Assembly (NCBI GenBank): GCA_963779755.1 | Contig: CAVZZO010000001.1 | Location: 2,272,001 to 2,336,000 of the forward strand | DNA: 64,000 nucleotides | Reading direction: 5' to 3' | Origin: an uncultured Gemmatimonadales bacterium | GTDB lineage: Bacteria; Gemmatimonadota; Gemmatimonadetes; Gemmatimonadales; GWC2-71-9 | Part shown: one piece after another, positions 19,984 to 31,081 of the stretch | How the letters are laid out: every line of letters begins with the position of its first letter | Position numbering within the stretch: the stretch's first letter is position 1 | The notes under the pieces: model-generated | Databases searched by the model: none | Told to the model about the DNA's origin: nothing | What the model saw: only the letters and a program-made list of their open reading frames with translations | Made by a program: the position numbers and the translations under genes

Positions 19984-22010
19984 TGCTTCCTGCGCTGCTC
20001 GCCGCCCAGGCGGCGCCGCACGGCGGCTCCCTGGCCGGCACCGCCGCAGACTGGGTCTGGCTCGCCGTCGCCCTGCCGTTCGCCGGGTTCCTGATCAACG
20101 GCACCCTGGCGCTCACCCGGCGGGCGGCGAAGACGGCCGTTTCGCTGATCGGCTCGGGCGTGCTGCTTCTGGCCTTCGCCGTCGCCGTGCTGGTCCTCCT
20201 CGCGGTGGCCCGGGCACATCCCGAAGCGCCCTACGTCGTCACGCTCTGGAGCTGGATGCCGGTGGGCAAGCTCCAGCTCAACCTGGCCCTGCAGGTGGAC
20301 CAGCTCTCGACTGTCATGCTGCTGGTGGTGACGGGCGTCGGCAGCCTGATCCATCTCTTCAGCATCGGATACATGCGCGACGACCCGGGCTACCCCCGGT
20401 ACTTCGCCTACCTGAACCTGTTCGTCGCCTTCATGCTGGTGCTGGTGCTGGGCTCCAGCTTCCCGGTGCTGTTCATCGGCTGGGAAGGGGTGGGGCTCTG
20501 TTCCTATCTGCTGATCGGGTTCTGGTTCGAGAGCAAGGCCAATGCCGACGCCGGCAAGAAGGCCTTCCTGGTGAACCGGATCGGCGATGCCGGGTTCCTG
20601 ATCGCGATGTTCCTGCTCTGGCGCACCGTGGGGACGCTGGACTTCATCCCGGTCTTCGCCAAGGCACCCGCGTTCCTGGCCTTCGGCGGCGGGCTGGTCA
20701 CCGCCATTACGCTGTTCCTGCTGCTGGGCTGCGCCGGCAAGTCGGCCCAGATTCCCCTGTATATCTGGTTGCCGGACGCCATGGCCGGCCCCACCCCGGT
20801 CTCGGCCCTGATCCATGCCGCCACCATGGTGACGGCCGGCGTCTACCTGGTGGCGCGCTGTAACGTGCTGTTCGCCATGTCGCCCGTGTCCAGCACCGTC
20901 ACCGCGGGGATCGGGGCGCTGACCGCCCTCTTCGCGGCGACCATCGCGCTGCGCCAGTACGACATCAAGAAAGTGCTGGCCTATTCCACCGTGTCCCAGC
21001 TGGGCTACATGTTTCTGGGCGTGGGCTCCGGCGCGTACACCGCGGGGATCTTCCACCTGGTGACGCACGCCTTCTTCAAGGCGCTGCTCTTCCTGGGTGC
21101 CGGCAGCGTGATCCACGCCATGCACGCGGCCTACCACCATACCCACAGCCACGAAGACGCGCAGGACATGCGCAACATGGGCGGCCTGCGCCAGGCCATG
21201 CCCTGGACCTTCGTGCTGATGCTGCTGGCGACCCTGGCCATCGCCGGCTTCCCCGGTTTCTCCGGCTTCTTCTCCAAGGACGAGATCCTGGGCGCGGCCT
21301 TCGCCCAGGGGGCCGAGAATCCCCTGTACTACGTCTACTACGCCATGGGCATCGTGGCGGCGCTGCTCACCGCCTTCTACATGGCGCGGCTGGTCACCAT
21401 GACGTTCCTGGGCGAGAACCGCACCGGGGCCGAGGAACGGGAGCACCTGCACGAAGCGCCCTGGATCATGACCGGGCCGCTGCTGGTGCTGGGCATCCTG
21501 AGCGTGGTGGGCGGCGCCCTCAACCTGCCGGCCCTGGTGGGGGGCAACGCGGCACTGGAACACTGGCTCGACCCGGTCTTCGCCCCGTCCACCGGCTACG
21601 TCAGGGCGGTGGAGATTGCCCACAGCACCGAATACACCCTGATCGGGCTGGCGGTGCTGGTTGGCCTGGTGGGACTCTACGCGGGCTGGCGGGCCACCCG
21701 GCGCTCGCGCCTCGTGCCGGCGCGGGAGGCGCCGGCGGACACCGGCTTGGCTCGGGTCCTCTACCACAAGTACTGGGTGGACGAGATCTATGACGCCGTC
21801 ATCGTCCGGCCGCTGGTGTGGTGCTCCCGGGTGCTGCTCTGGCGCGGGGTGGACCAGGGGCTGATCGACGGCGCGGGCGTGAACGGCGCCGCCCGGGCTT
21901 CCAGCCTGCTGGGGCGTGCCGGGAGCCTGCTGCAGACCGGCTACGTGGGCGTCTATATCATCCTGTTCCTGGCGGGCGCCTTCTGGGTGCTGTTCGCCAT
22001 CGTCCGGTGA
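19983..22010 (+). CDS. nuoL: NADH-quinone oxidoreductase subunit L
   Basis: GKSAQIPLYIWLPDAMAGPTPVSALIHAATMVTAG, HAFFKALLFL. Confidence 0.95.
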   Translation: MLPALLAAQAAPHGGSLAGTAADWVWLAVALPFAGFLINGTLALTRRAAKTAVSLIGSGVLLLAFAVAVLVLLAVARAHPEAPYVVTLWSWMPVGKLQLNLALQVDQLSTVMLLVVTGVGSLIHLFSIGYMRDDPGYPRYFAYLNLFVAFMLVLVLGSSFPVLFIGWEGVGLCSYLLIGFWFESKANADAGKKAFLVNRIGDAGFLIAMFLLWRTVGTLDFIPVFAKAPAFLAFGGGLVTAITLFLLLGCAGKSAQIPLYIWLPDAMAGPTPVSALIHAATMVTAGVYLVARCNVLFAMSPVSSTVTAGIGALTALFAATIALRQYDIKKVLAYSTVSQLGYMFLGVGSGAYTAGIFHLVTHAFFKALLFLGAGSVIHAMHAAYHHTHSHEDAQDMRNMGGLRQAMPWTFVLMLLATLAIAGFPGFSGFFSKDEILGAAFAQGAENPLYYVYYAMGIVAALLTAFYMARLVTMTFLGENRTGAEEREHLHEAPWIMTGPLLVLGILSVVGGALNLPALVGGNAALEHWLDPVFAPSTGYVRAVEIAHSTEYTLIGLAVLVGLVGLYAGWRATRRSRLVPAREAPADTGLARVLYHKYWVDEIYDAVIVRPLVWCSRVLLWRGVDQGLIDGAGVNGAARASSLLGRAGSLLQTGYVGVYIILFLAGAFWVLFAIVR

Positions 22011-22017
22011 GCATCCG

Positions 22018-23586
22018 ATGACGCACTTCCTGGCCTCCGTCGCCTACGACCGCTGGATCCTGCACGCGCTGGTCCTGCTGCCGCTCGCCGGGATCGTGCC
22101 GGTCCTGCTCGCCCCGGCGCGGCAGGCGAAGCTGATCGCGCTGTGGGTGAGCATCGCCGAGTTCGTGCTCTCCCTCGGCCTCTGGTGGGCGTTCGATCCG
22201 GCGAACGGCGGGATGCAGTTTTCCGCGACCGTGCCCTGGCTCACCCAGTGGGGCATCAGCTATCACGTCGGGCTCGACGGCATCAGCCTCTTCATGGTCC
22301 TGCTCAGCACCGGGCTCATGCCGCTCTGCGTCCTGGCCAGCTGGCGCTATATCACCAGCCGGGAGCGGGGCTATTACGCCCTGCTGCTGGCCCTCACCAC
22401 CGGCATGCTGGGGGTATTTCTCGCCCTCGATCTCTTCATTTTCTACATCTTCTGGGAGGTGATGCTGATCCCGATGTATTTCATCATCGGGATCTGGGGC
22501 GGGCCGCGGCGGCTCTACGCGTCCATCAAGTTCTTCCTCTACACCTTCGTGGGCTCGCTGCTCATGCTGGTGGCCATTCTCGTCATGGTGCTCAAGGTGG
22601 GCGACGCCACCGGGGTGTATTCCTTCTCCTACAGCCACCTGCTGGAGAACTCGATGCGCGTGACGGCGGCGGCCCCGTGGCTCTTCGCCGCCTTCGCGCT
22701 CGCGTTCGCCATCAAGGTGCCGATCTTCCCGTTCCACACCTGGCTGCCGGACGCCCACGTGGAGGCGCCGACCGCCGGGAGCGTGCTGCTGGCCAGCGTC
22801 CTGCTCAAGATGGGGACCTACGGGTTTCTCCGCTTCGCCGTGCCGTTCTTCCCCGATGTCGCCTTCACGCCTGCCGTCCGGGCCCTGGTGGTGGCCCTGG
22901 CGGTGATCGGGATTCTCTACGGCGCCCTGGTGGCGATGGTGCAGCCCGACATCAAGAAGCTGGTGGCCTACTCCTCGGTGAGCCACCTGGGCTTCGTCAT
23001 GCTGGGCATCTGGGCGGCCACGCTGCAGAGCGTCCAGGGAGCGCTCATGGTGATGATCGGCCACGGGCTCTCCACCGGCGCCCTGTTCTTCCTGATCGGC
23101 ATGCTCTACGAGCGGCGGCACACCCGGGAGATCGCCGACTTCGGCGGCCTGGCGCGGGTGGTGCCGCTCTTCAGCGCCATCTTCACCATCGTCGCGCTGT
23201 CCTCCATCGGCCTGCCGGGGCTGAACGGCTTCATCGGCGAGTTCCTGGTGCTGCTGGGCAGCTTCGGGCGGCATCCGGTGGCGGCGGGGCTGGCGACCGT
23301 CGTGGTGATCTTCGCCGCGGCCTACCTGCTCTGGGCGCTGCAGCGCATCATTTATGATCCGCTGAACCGCGACGAGAACCGCAGCTTGCTGGACCTGAAC
23401 CGCCGGGAGATCGCGGTTCTGGTACCGCTGCTCATCGGCATCGTGTGGCTGGGCCTCTATCCCCGGCCGGTGCTGCGCCGCATGGAGCCGGCCGCACAGC
23501 GCTATGTCGATCTGGTGGAGCCGCACCTGCTCGCCCCGCCGGGCCGCAACCCTCATCATCATCCGGTTTCCGAGGTCACCCCGTGA
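22018..23586 (+). CDS. nuoM: NADH-quinone oxidoreductase subunit M
   Basis: FWEVMLIPMY, HTWLPDAHVEAPT, LLKMGTYG. Confidence 0.95.
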   Translation: MTHFLASVAYDRWILHALVLLPLAGIVPVLLAPARQAKLIALWVSIAEFVLSLGLWWAFDPANGGMQFSATVPWLTQWGISYHVGLDGISLFMVLLSTGLMPLCVLASWRYITSRERGYYALLLALTTGMLGVFLALDLFIFYIFWEVMLIPMYFIIGIWGGPRRLYASIKFFLYTFVGSLLMLVAILVMVLKVGDATGVYSFSYSHLLENSMRVTAAAPWLFAAFALAFAIKVPIFPFHTWLPDAHVEAPTAGSVLLASVLLKMGTYGFLRFAVPFFPDVAFTPAVRALVVALAVIGILYGALVAMVQPDIKKLVAYSSVSHLGFVMLGIWAATLQSVQGALMVMIGHGLSTGALFFLIGMLYERRHTREIADFGGLARVVPLFSAIFTIVALSSIGLPGLNGFIGEFLVLLGSFGRHPVAAGLATVVVIFAAAYLLWALQRIIYDPLNRDENRSLLDLNRREIAVLVPLLIGIVWLGLYPRPVLRRMEPAAQRYVDLVEPHLLAPPGRNPHHHPVSEVTP

Positions 23587-25079
23587 CACCCTTTGATCTC
23601 TCCACGCCCGGCGGCGTGACCTACGCCCTGCTGCCCGAGCTGGTGCTGACGGGGTGGACGCTGGTCGTGCTGCTGGTGGTGAGCTGGCGGCACCGGGATG
23701 CGCGGGACACGCGGCTGGCGGCCTGGGTGAGCCTGGCCGGGCTGCTGCTGACGATGGGGGCCACGCTCTACCTCTGGCTGCAGCACCCGGTGGTGCAGGG
23801 GCTGCCCCAGATGGTGACGGTCGACGCCTTCCGTTTTGCCGGCGAGATGCTCTTCCTGGTGGCCGCCGCGGCCACGGTGATGATTTCGCTGCCCTATGTG
23901 GAGCGGGAGGGCCTGACCGCGCCGGAGTACTTCGTCCTCATCCTGCTGGCCACCGTCGGCATGATGTTCATGGCCGCGGCCGCCGATCTGATCGTAGTGT
24001 TTCTCGGGCTGGAACTCATGTCGGTGGCGGTCTACGCCCTGGCCGGCTTCAACCGGCGCAGCCGGTTCTCCGCCGAGGGGGCGCTCAAGTATTTCCTGAT
24101 CGGCGCCTTTGCCGCGGGCTTTCTGCTCTACGGCATTGCCCTGAGCTACGGCAGCACCGGGTCCACCAACCTGTACGTGATCGCGGGGCAGCTCGCCGGC
24201 GGGGCCATTCCCCTCATGGCCACGCTGGGTCTGGGGCTGCTGGCGATCGGGTTCGCCTTCAAGACGGCCGCCGTCCCCTTCCACACCTGGGCGCCCGACG
24301 TGTACGACGGCTCGCCCACCCCCGTCACCGGCTTCATGGCCACCGGCGTGAAGGCCGCGGCCTTCATTACGCTGGCGCGGGTGCTGCAGGACGGCTTCCC
24401 GGCGGCCATCGCGCATTGGCAGCCGGTGCTGGGCGTGCTGGCCCTGGTCACCATGATCGTGGGGAACCTGGTGGCCTTGGTGCAGCGTTCGCTCAAGCGG
24501 ATGCTGGCCTACAGCTCGATCGCCCACGCCGGTTACCTGCTCACCGCGCTCTGGTCGGGAACCCGCTTCGGCGCGGCGGCCCTGATGGTCTATCTGGCCG
24601 CCTACACCCTGGTGACGCTGGCCAGCTTCGGGCTCCTCGCCGCCCTGGGCCGCGACGGCGAGCGCAACATTACCCTGGACACTCTGGCCGGCCTTTCCAG
24701 CCGGCGCCCCTGGGTGGCGCTGGGCCTGGCGCTCTGCATGCTGTCGCTGCTGGGTTTCCCCGGCACCGTCGGGTTCATCGGCAAGTGGTATATCCTGCTG
24801 GCGGTGGTGAGCCAGCGGCAGTACATCCTGCCGGTGGTCCTGGTGCTCACCAGCGTGATCTCCGCCGGCTACTATCTGCCGGTGGTGATGGCCATGTACA
24901 TGCGTCCCGCCCCCGAGCGCGAAGAGGCGCGCCCCGGCCTCTCCGCCGCCGCCTGGACGGTCATCGCGGCCTGCGTCGTCCTTCTCGTGGTCTTCGGGGT
25001 CTGGCCCCGGGGCCTGCTGCTCCTGGCCCACGCCACCGTCGCTCCGCTGGGCCAGCTCTCCGGTCCCATCGTCCCCTGA
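23583..25079 (+). CDS. nuoN: NADH-quinone oxidoreductase subunit N
   Basis: EGALKYF, FKTAAVPFHTWAPDVYDG, KRMLAYSSIAHAGY. Confidence 0.95.
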   Translation: MTPFDLSTPGGVTYALLPELVLTGWTLVVLLVVSWRHRDARDTRLAAWVSLAGLLLTMGATLYLWLQHPVVQGLPQMVTVDAFRFAGEMLFLVAAAATVMISLPYVEREGLTAPEYFVLILLATVGMMFMAAAADLIVVFLGLELMSVAVYALAGFNRRSRFSAEGALKYFLIGAFAAGFLLYGIALSYGSTGSTNLYVIAGQLAGGAIPLMATLGLGLLAIGFAFKTAAVPFHTWAPDVYDGSPTPVTGFMATGVKAAAFITLARVLQDGFPAAIAHWQPVLGVLALVTMIVGNLVALVQRSLKRMLAYSSIAHAGYLLTALWSGTRFGAAALMVYLAAYTLVTLASFGLLAALGRDGERNITLDTLAGLSSRRPWVALGLALCMLSLLGFPGTVGFIGKWYILLAVVSQRQYILPVVLVLTSVISAGYYLPVVMAMYMRPAPEREEARPGLSAAAWTVIAACVVLLVVFGVWPRGLLLLAHATVAPLGQLSGPIVP

Positions 25080-25086
25080 GCGCCTC

Positions 25087-26460
25087 ATGAACGTCCCGCG
25101 TACCATCTTCCGCCAGTACGACGTCCGGGGGCTGGTCGGCAGCGAGCTGACCGCCGATTTCGCCCGCGCGCTGGGCCGCGCCTTCGCCTCCGCTGGATGG
25201 CAGAAGCTGGGCCGGGCGCCGGTGCTCGCGGTGGGGCGGGACAACCGCCCCTCGGGCGCGGAGCTGGCGGGGGCCTTTCGCGAGGGTGTGACGGCCAGCG
25301 GGGGCACGGCGGTGGATGTCGGCATGCTGCCCACTCCGGCGCTGTACTTCGCGGTGCAGACGCCGGGGATCGACGGCGGCTGCCAGGTGACCGGCTCGCA
25401 CAATCCGCCCGAGTTCAACGGGTTCAAGATGGTCCTGGCCGGTGACTCGCTGCACGGCGACGAGATCCTGGCCCTGTGGGAAGTGATCTCCGCCGAGTCC
25501 TGGCGGGAGGGACAGGGCAGCCAGCGCGCGGACGATACGGTACTGCGGCGCTACCGGGAGGCCATCCAGGAGCGCCACCAGCTGGCCCGGCCGGTGCGGG
25601 TGGTGGTCGACTGCGGCAACGGCGTGGGCAGCCTGGTCGCGGTGGAGACGCTGCGCGGCCTCGGTGCCGAGGTTACCCCGCTGTTCTGCGACTCCGACGG
25701 CACCTTCCCCAACCACCACCCCGACCCTACCGTCCCCGAGAACCTGGCCGACCTGCAGGCCGCCGTCCGACGTACCGGGGCGGAGCTGGGCATCGCCTTC
25801 GACGGCGACGCGGACCGCATCGGCGGAGTGGACGAAACCGGCCGCATTCTCTTCGGCGACCAGCTCCTGGTGCTCTTCGGGCGCGACGCGGTGCGGCGGT
25901 TCGGCAAGGGGATTCCGGTCATCTTCGATGTGAAATGCTCGGAGGTGCTACGCCAGGCTCTGGCCGACGCGGGGGCCGAGCCCATCATGTGGAAGACGGG
26001 CCATTCGCTCATCAAGGCCAAGATGAAAGAGACCGGCGCCCCGCTGGCGGGCGAGATGAGCGGCCACATGTTCTTCGCCGGCGACTACTATGGCTTCGAC
26101 GATGCCCTGTTCGCCGCCGCCCGCCTGCTCGAGATCGTCTCCCGGGGGCCCGGCGGCCTGGCGCCGCTTCTGGCCGACCTGCCCGCCACCAGCGCCACGC
26201 CCGAGATCCGGGTGGACTGCCCCGAGGAGATCAAGTTCGAGGTGGTCGAGCGGGCGGCGAAATATTTCGGCGCCCGCTATCCGGTCGTGACCATTGACGG
26301 CGTGCGGATGACCTTCCCCCACGGATGGGGGCTCATCCGGGCGTCCAACACCCAGCCGATCCTGGTGCTGCGCTTCGAAGCCACCGACCCCGCATCCCTC
26401 GAGGCCTACCGGAAGGAAGTCATGGACTGGCTCGCGGGGCAGGGCGTGCAGGCCGGCTAG
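25087..26460 (+). CDS. Phosphomannomutase/phosphoglucomutase (AlgC-like)
   Basis: IFRQYDVRG, TGSHNP, FDGDADR, GEMSGH, RASNTQP. Confidence 0.92.
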   Translation: MNVPRTIFRQYDVRGLVGSELTADFARALGRAFASAGWQKLGRAPVLAVGRDNRPSGAELAGAFREGVTASGGTAVDVGMLPTPALYFAVQTPGIDGGCQVTGSHNPPEFNGFKMVLAGDSLHGDEILALWEVISAESWREGQGSQRADDTVLRRYREAIQERHQLARPVRVVVDCGNGVGSLVAVETLRGLGAEVTPLFCDSDGTFPNHHPDPTVPENLADLQAAVRRTGAELGIAFDGDADRIGGVDETGRILFGDQLLVLFGRDAVRRFGKGIPVIFDVKCSEVLRQALADAGAEPIMWKTGHSLIKAKMKETGAPLAGEMSGHMFFAGDYYGFDDALFAAARLLEIVSRGPGGLAPLLADLPATSATPEIRVDCPEEIKFEVVERAAKYFGARYPVVTIDGVRMTFPHGWGLIRASNTQPILVLRFEATDPASLEAYRKEVMDWLAGQGVQAG

Positions 26461-26466
26461 CCCGCC

Positions 26467-28932
26467 ATGCCCGGCCGCCGGGGACGCGTCGCCTGGGTGG
26501 CGGCGGTGCTGGTGGCCCTGCTCTTCCTGGGCCGCTGGACCACCGTGCTGCTCTCCGAGTACTGGTGGGCCCGGTCCATCTCCGAGGCCGCCGCCGCCTT
26601 CCTTGCGCGCTGGCATCTCATCAGGATTCTGCTTGACCTTGCCGGCATCGCGGTGGCCTCCGCCTGGTTCGTCGGCAACCTCCTCGTGGTGTACCGCGCC
26701 ATCGGCTCGGTGCAGGTGCCCCGCCAGCTGGCCAATCTCGAAATCCGCGAAGCGCTGACGCCGCGCGTCCTGGTGACCATCACCGTGGTCATCGGCGTCC
26801 TCCTCGGAATCGCCGCCGGCTCCGGCCTGGGGGCGCTCACCCGGGCCGTGATGCTGGCCTGGCATGGCGTGCACTACGGTCTGAGCGATCCCCTGCTGGA
26901 GCTCGACCTGGGGCTGTACGTGGGCCAGCTGCCGCTCTGGCGCCAGTTGCACTCGTTCTCCCTGCTGCTGGCGCTGCTGGGCTTCGGCACCGTCATCCTG
27001 AGTTATGTCCTGGTGGGCTCGGTGCGCTGGGTCTCCGGGCGGCCGGCCGTGAGCGACCACGCCAGGCGGCATCTCGGCTGGTTGCTGGCGCTGCTGGCGC
27101 TGCTGATCGTGTGGGGCTACCGGTTGGAGCCTTACGAGATGGTCGCCGGGCTGGACGGCATTTTCCGGAGCGGACAGGCGCAACTGCGGATCGTCGTCGC
27201 CCAGGTGCTGACCGGCGCCGGGCTGGCGGCGGCGCTGCTGTCCGCCTGGTGGGCCATACGTCCGCGCCACGCGCTCCTGGTCGCCGGGTGGGCGGTGCTG
27301 GTGCTCGCCTCCATCACCGGGCACCACATCCTGCCTCTCCTGCTGCAGAATCCCGGCGCCGCGATGCTGGCACCGCGCCAGCGCGTCCAGCTCGAAGAGC
27401 TGGCGTTCGGCCTGGGCGGAATGGAGGACACCACGCTGGGCTCCGGCGGCCTGCCGGGGCCGCCGGAGCATCCGGCACTCTGGGATCTCAGCAGCGTGGG
27501 CCAGCTCGGCGCCGGTGATTCCAGCGAGGTGGTGAGCGCCAACCCCGCGTCCCTCACGCTGCAGGGCCGGCGTCGCCCGGCCTGGCTGGTGCTTCGCTCT
27601 CTTCCCAACGGGCGCAGCCGCCTGCTGGCGGTGGCGGACGACCGGGTCACCGCCAACGGGGGCCCGCTCACCTACCGCCCCGCCGACTCGCTGGCGTATC
27701 CCGGTGTGCGCGCGTTTGTGGACCTGCCGCTCGCTGCCGTGCGCCCCGGCGGGCCGGAACATGCCCTGGTCCAGGAGGGCAGCCGTGGGGTTCCGGTGGG
27801 TGGCTGGGGGCGGCGGCTGGTGCTGGCCTGGGCACGGCAGGCCGGCGCGCTGCTTGGTGCAGTGCCCCGCGGCGACCGCCTGGTGTGGCACCTGAACCCG
27901 CAGGAGCGGCTGCAGCGCGTCGCGCCGTTCGTGGAATGGGGAGCGCCTCGCGCGCTGGTGGTGGAGGGGGCACCGGTCTGGTACAGCGAGGGGCTGGTGG
28001 TCTCCGCTACCTTCCCGCTCATCGAGCGCGTGGAATGGCAGGACCAGTCCCTGGGGGCGGTGCGGGCCGGCTTTCTCGGCACCATCGATGCCCTCACGGG
28101 ACAAACCCACATCTATCTGCGCCCCGGCCCGGATCCGCTCTCCCGCGCCTGGGCCGAGGCGGCGGGGCCCGTGGTCGAACCGGCGTCCGCGATCCCCGGG
28201 GCGCTGGCCGACGTGCTGCCGTATCCACTGGAGCTGTTTCAGCTGCAGGCGCGGGTGCTGCAGCGGCCCCAGTGGGTGGATGCCAGGCTGGCCGGCCGCG
28301 GCGACGGGGATCGCGAGGCGCGCGTCCAGGAGAACAGCTGGCTCCCCGACGGGAGCGGGCCGCGCTGGATTCTGGGCTTCCAGAACGAAGACCAGCGGCA
28401 TCTCGTTGCCTTGGTGTCCGCCTCGGAGGAGGACGGGTTCGGCCGGCTCACGCTGCGCCGGCTCACGGTGTCCAGCGCGCTGCCCGACCCCGGCAAGCTG
28501 GTGGAGCGCTGGCGGCGGTTCGCAACCTGGGAGCAGCTGAGCGATTCGCTCCGCGCGGCGGGCGTCACCGAGCAGGTGGGGCCGGTGCGCTGGTGGGTGA
28601 GCCCCGCCGGCGCCGGCGCCTACCAGGCGATCTTCGGCCGGGGGCCGGCGCGGCAGATCGCGCTCGCCTGGGTAAATGTCGCCGAGGGCGAACGGCAGGG
28701 CGCCGGGCGCACCACGCTGGAGGCCTGGCGCAATCTGCAGGGCGAATCGGCGCCGATCGTGCCCACCCTGCCCACCGGGCGGCTGGCCGAGGCGGAGCAA
28801 TGGATGCGGCTGGTCGATTCCGCCATGCAGCAGGGCGACTGGGCGCTCTTCGGCCGGGCGCTGGAATCGCTGCGGCAGGTCCTGTTGCCGGGCGCGGCGC
28901 CCGACAGCGGCGTGCGTCTTCCGCCCCATTGA
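26467..28932 (+). CDS. UPF0182-family membrane protein (divergent)
   Basis: Multi-TM N-half with DPLLELDLGLYVGQLP; ERLQRVAPF; C-terminal QQGDWALFGRALESL. Confidence 0.7.
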   Translation: MPGRRGRVAWVAAVLVALLFLGRWTTVLLSEYWWARSISEAAAAFLARWHLIRILLDLAGIAVASAWFVGNLLVVYRAIGSVQVPRQLANLEIREALTPRVLVTITVVIGVLLGIAAGSGLGALTRAVMLAWHGVHYGLSDPLLELDLGLYVGQLPLWRQLHSFSLLLALLGFGTVILSYVLVGSVRWVSGRPAVSDHARRHLGWLLALLALLIVWGYRLEPYEMVAGLDGIFRSGQAQLRIVVAQVLTGAGLAAALLSAWWAIRPRHALLVAGWAVLVLASITGHHILPLLLQNPGAAMLAPRQRVQLEELAFGLGGMEDTTLGSGGLPGPPEHPALWDLSSVGQLGAGDSSEVVSANPASLTLQGRRRPAWLVLRSLPNGRSRLLAVADDRVTANGGPLTYRPADSLAYPGVRAFVDLPLAAVRPGGPEHALVQEGSRGVPVGGWGRRLVLAWARQAGALLGAVPRGDRLVWHLNPQERLQRVAPFVEWGAPRALVVEGAPVWYSEGLVVSATFPLIERVEWQDQSLGAVRAGFLGTIDALTGQTHIYLRPGPDPLSRAWAEAAGPVVEPASAIPGALADVLPYPLELFQLQARVLQRPQWVDARLAGRGDGDREARVQENSWLPDGSGPRWILGFQNEDQRHLVALVSASEEDGFGRLTLRRLTVSSALPDPGKLVERWRRFATWEQLSDSLRAAGVTEQVGPVRWWVSPAGAGAYQAIFGRGPARQIALAWVNVAEGERQGAGRTTLEAWRNLQGESAPIVPTLPTGRLAEAEQWMRLVDSAMQQGDWALFGRALESLRQVLLPGAAPDSGVRLPPH

Positions 28933-28994
28933 GGCGGCTTGTTCCCCCTCTGGGCCGGCACTAGGTTCCCGGCCTCTCGCGCCGGAGCCGAACG

Positions 28995-29945
28995 ATGACG
29001 GCAGGACGCACCGCGGTCGTGGCCCTCGGCGGCAATGCGTTGGCGCGCTCGGGCGAGCCCGCCACGATCACCAACCAGTTCCGCCACACCCGCGAGAGTC
29101 TGGACCCGATCGTCGCGCTGGTGCGGGAAGGGTGGCGGGTGGCGCTGGTGCACGGGAACGGGCCGCAGGTGGGCGACGAGCTGGCCCGCAACGAGCTGGC
29201 GCGCGGCGTGGTGGAGCCGCTACCCCTGGGGGTGCTGGTCGCGGGGACCGCCGGCTGGATCGGCTACATGATCCAGCAGTCGCTGCAGAACGCGCTGGCG
29301 CGCGCCGGCATCAGCCGCGACGTCGTGACCCTGGTGACGCAGACGCTGGTCGATCCGGACGACGCGGCGCTGGCGGAGCCGAGCAAACCGATCGGGCACG
29401 CGGTGTCTCCGGATGAAGCCGCGCGGCTGCGAGGGCTCGGCCTCCCCCTGGCGCAGGATGCCCGGGGCCGCTGGCGCCGGCTGGCCGCGAGCCCGGCGCC
29501 CCTCGCCATTCCGGAGGCGGCCGTCATCGGGCGCCTGGTGGCGGACGGCACCATCGTCGTCGCCGGCGGCGGCGGCGGGCCGCCGGTGTACCGCGATCCG
29601 GTGCTCGGGCTGGAAGGCCTGGACGCGGTGGTGGACAAGGACCGGCTGGCCGCCGTGCTGGCGGCCGGCCTGGGAGCGGACGTGCTTCTGATCCTGACCG
29701 ACGTAGACGCGGTCTACCGGGGGTACGGAACGCCGGCGGAGGCGCCCATCCGGCGGCTCACGCTGGCGGAGGCCGACGCCCTGTTGCAGGGCTCGGAGCT
29801 GGCCGGCGGCAGCATGCGGCCCAAGGTCCAGGCCGCCGCCGATTTCGTACGGGGCGGAGGCGCGCGGGCGGTGATCGCGCACCTGGCCGATGGCCTGGCC
29901 GCCCTTCGCCATGAGGCGGGAACTCTGATCACGAGGGAAACGTGA
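28995..29945 (+). CDS. arcC: Carbamate kinase
   Basis: [48 protein letters not shown]. Confidence 0.9.
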   Translation: MTAGRTAVVALGGNALARSGEPATITNQFRHTRESLDPIVALVREGWRVALVHGNGPQVGDELARNELARGVVEPLPLGVLVAGTAGWIGYMIQQSLQNALARAGISRDVVTLVTQTLVDPDDAALAEPSKPIGHAVSPDEAARLRGLGLPLAQDARGRWRRLAASPAPLAIPEAAVIGRLVADGTIVVAGGGGGPPVYRDPVLGLEGLDAVVDKDRLAAVLAAGLGADVLLILTDVDAVYRGYGTPAEAPIRRLTLAEADALLQGSELAGGSMRPKVQAAADFVRGGGARAVIAHLADGLAALRHEAGTLITRET

Positions 29946-31081
29946 ATCTCTACGAGTACCAGGGGCGGGAGCTGTTCACCGCCGGCGGCATTGCGATGCC
30001 GGACGGCGATGTGGCGGCGACCCCCGACGAAGCGGAAGCCATCGCCCGCCGGCTGGGCGGGACGGTGGTCATCAAGGCGCAGGTACATGCCGGCGGGCGG
30101 GGCAAGGCGGGCGGCGTCAAGCTGGCGAAGACGCCGGCCGAGGCGCGGGAGCACGCCGGCCGCATCCTGGGCATGACCATCAAGGGACTGGTGGTGCGGC
30201 GGGTGCTGGTGGTGCCCGCGGCGGATATCGCCAGCGAGGCCTATGCCGGCATCGTAATGGACCGCGAGAGCCAGCGCCCGGTGTTCATGGTGAGCGCCGC
30301 GGGCGGTGTGGACATCGAGGAAGTGGCGGCAAAGACTCCGGAGAAGATCACCCGGCTGCCGGTGGATCCGCGCTACGGGCTCCTGCCGCATCAGGCGATG
30401 GGGCTGGCCTTTACGCTGTACCAGGACATCAGGCAGGTCCGGGCCGCGGCCCGCATCCTGGAGCAGCTGTACGGGGTCTTCACCGCGAACGGCGCGTCGC
30501 TCACCGAGATCAACCCGCTCGTCACCACGCCGGACGGCGCGGTGCTGGCGCTCGACGCCAAGGTGGTGATCGACGACAACGAGCTGGACCGCCGGCCCGA
30601 TCTGGCCGCCTTGCGCGACGAAGAGGCCGAGGAGCCGAGCGAGGTGGAGGCACGGGGGGCCGGCCTCACGTTCATCAAGCTCACCGGCAACGTGGGCTGC
30701 GTGGTGAACGGGGCGGGGCTGGCCATGGCCACCATGGACCTGGTGAAGTACTACGGCGGCGAGCCCGCCAACTTCCTGGATATCGGCGGCAGCTCCAATC
30801 CGGAGAAGGTGGTGAGCGCGCTGCGGATCATCACCGCCGACACCGACGTGAAGGCCATTCTCTTCAATATCTTCGGCGGGATTACGCGAACCGACGACGT
30901 GGCCAACGGGATCGCGGCCGCGCTCAAGCAGATCGAGGTCAAGGTGCCCATCGTGGTGCGGCTCACCGGGACCAACGAAGCCGAGGCGGTGAAAATCCTC
31001 CAGGGCATCGGCATGACGGCCCTCAACGATATGGACGACGCGGTCAAGCAGGTGGTCCGGGTCGCGCAGGAGGCCGCATGA
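29942..31081 (+). CDS. sucC: Succinyl-CoA synthetase beta subunit
   Basis: [35 protein letters not shown]. Confidence 0.96.
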   Translation: MNLYEYQGRELFTAGGIAMPDGDVAATPDEAEAIARRLGGTVVIKAQVHAGGRGKAGGVKLAKTPAEAREHAGRILGMTIKGLVVRRVLVVPAADIASEAYAGIVMDRESQRPVFMVSAAGGVDIEEVAAKTPEKITRLPVDPRYGLLPHQAMGLAFTLYQDIRQVRAAARILEQLYGVFTANGASLTEINPLVTTPDGAVLALDAKVVIDDNELDRRPDLAALRDEEAEEPSEVEARGAGLTFIKLTGNVGCVVNGAGLAMATMDLVKYYGGEPANFLDIGGSSNPEKVVSALRIITADTDVKAILFNIFGGITRTDDVANGIAAALKQIEVKVPIVVRLTGTNEAEAVKILQGIGMTALNDMDDAVKQVVRVAQEAA

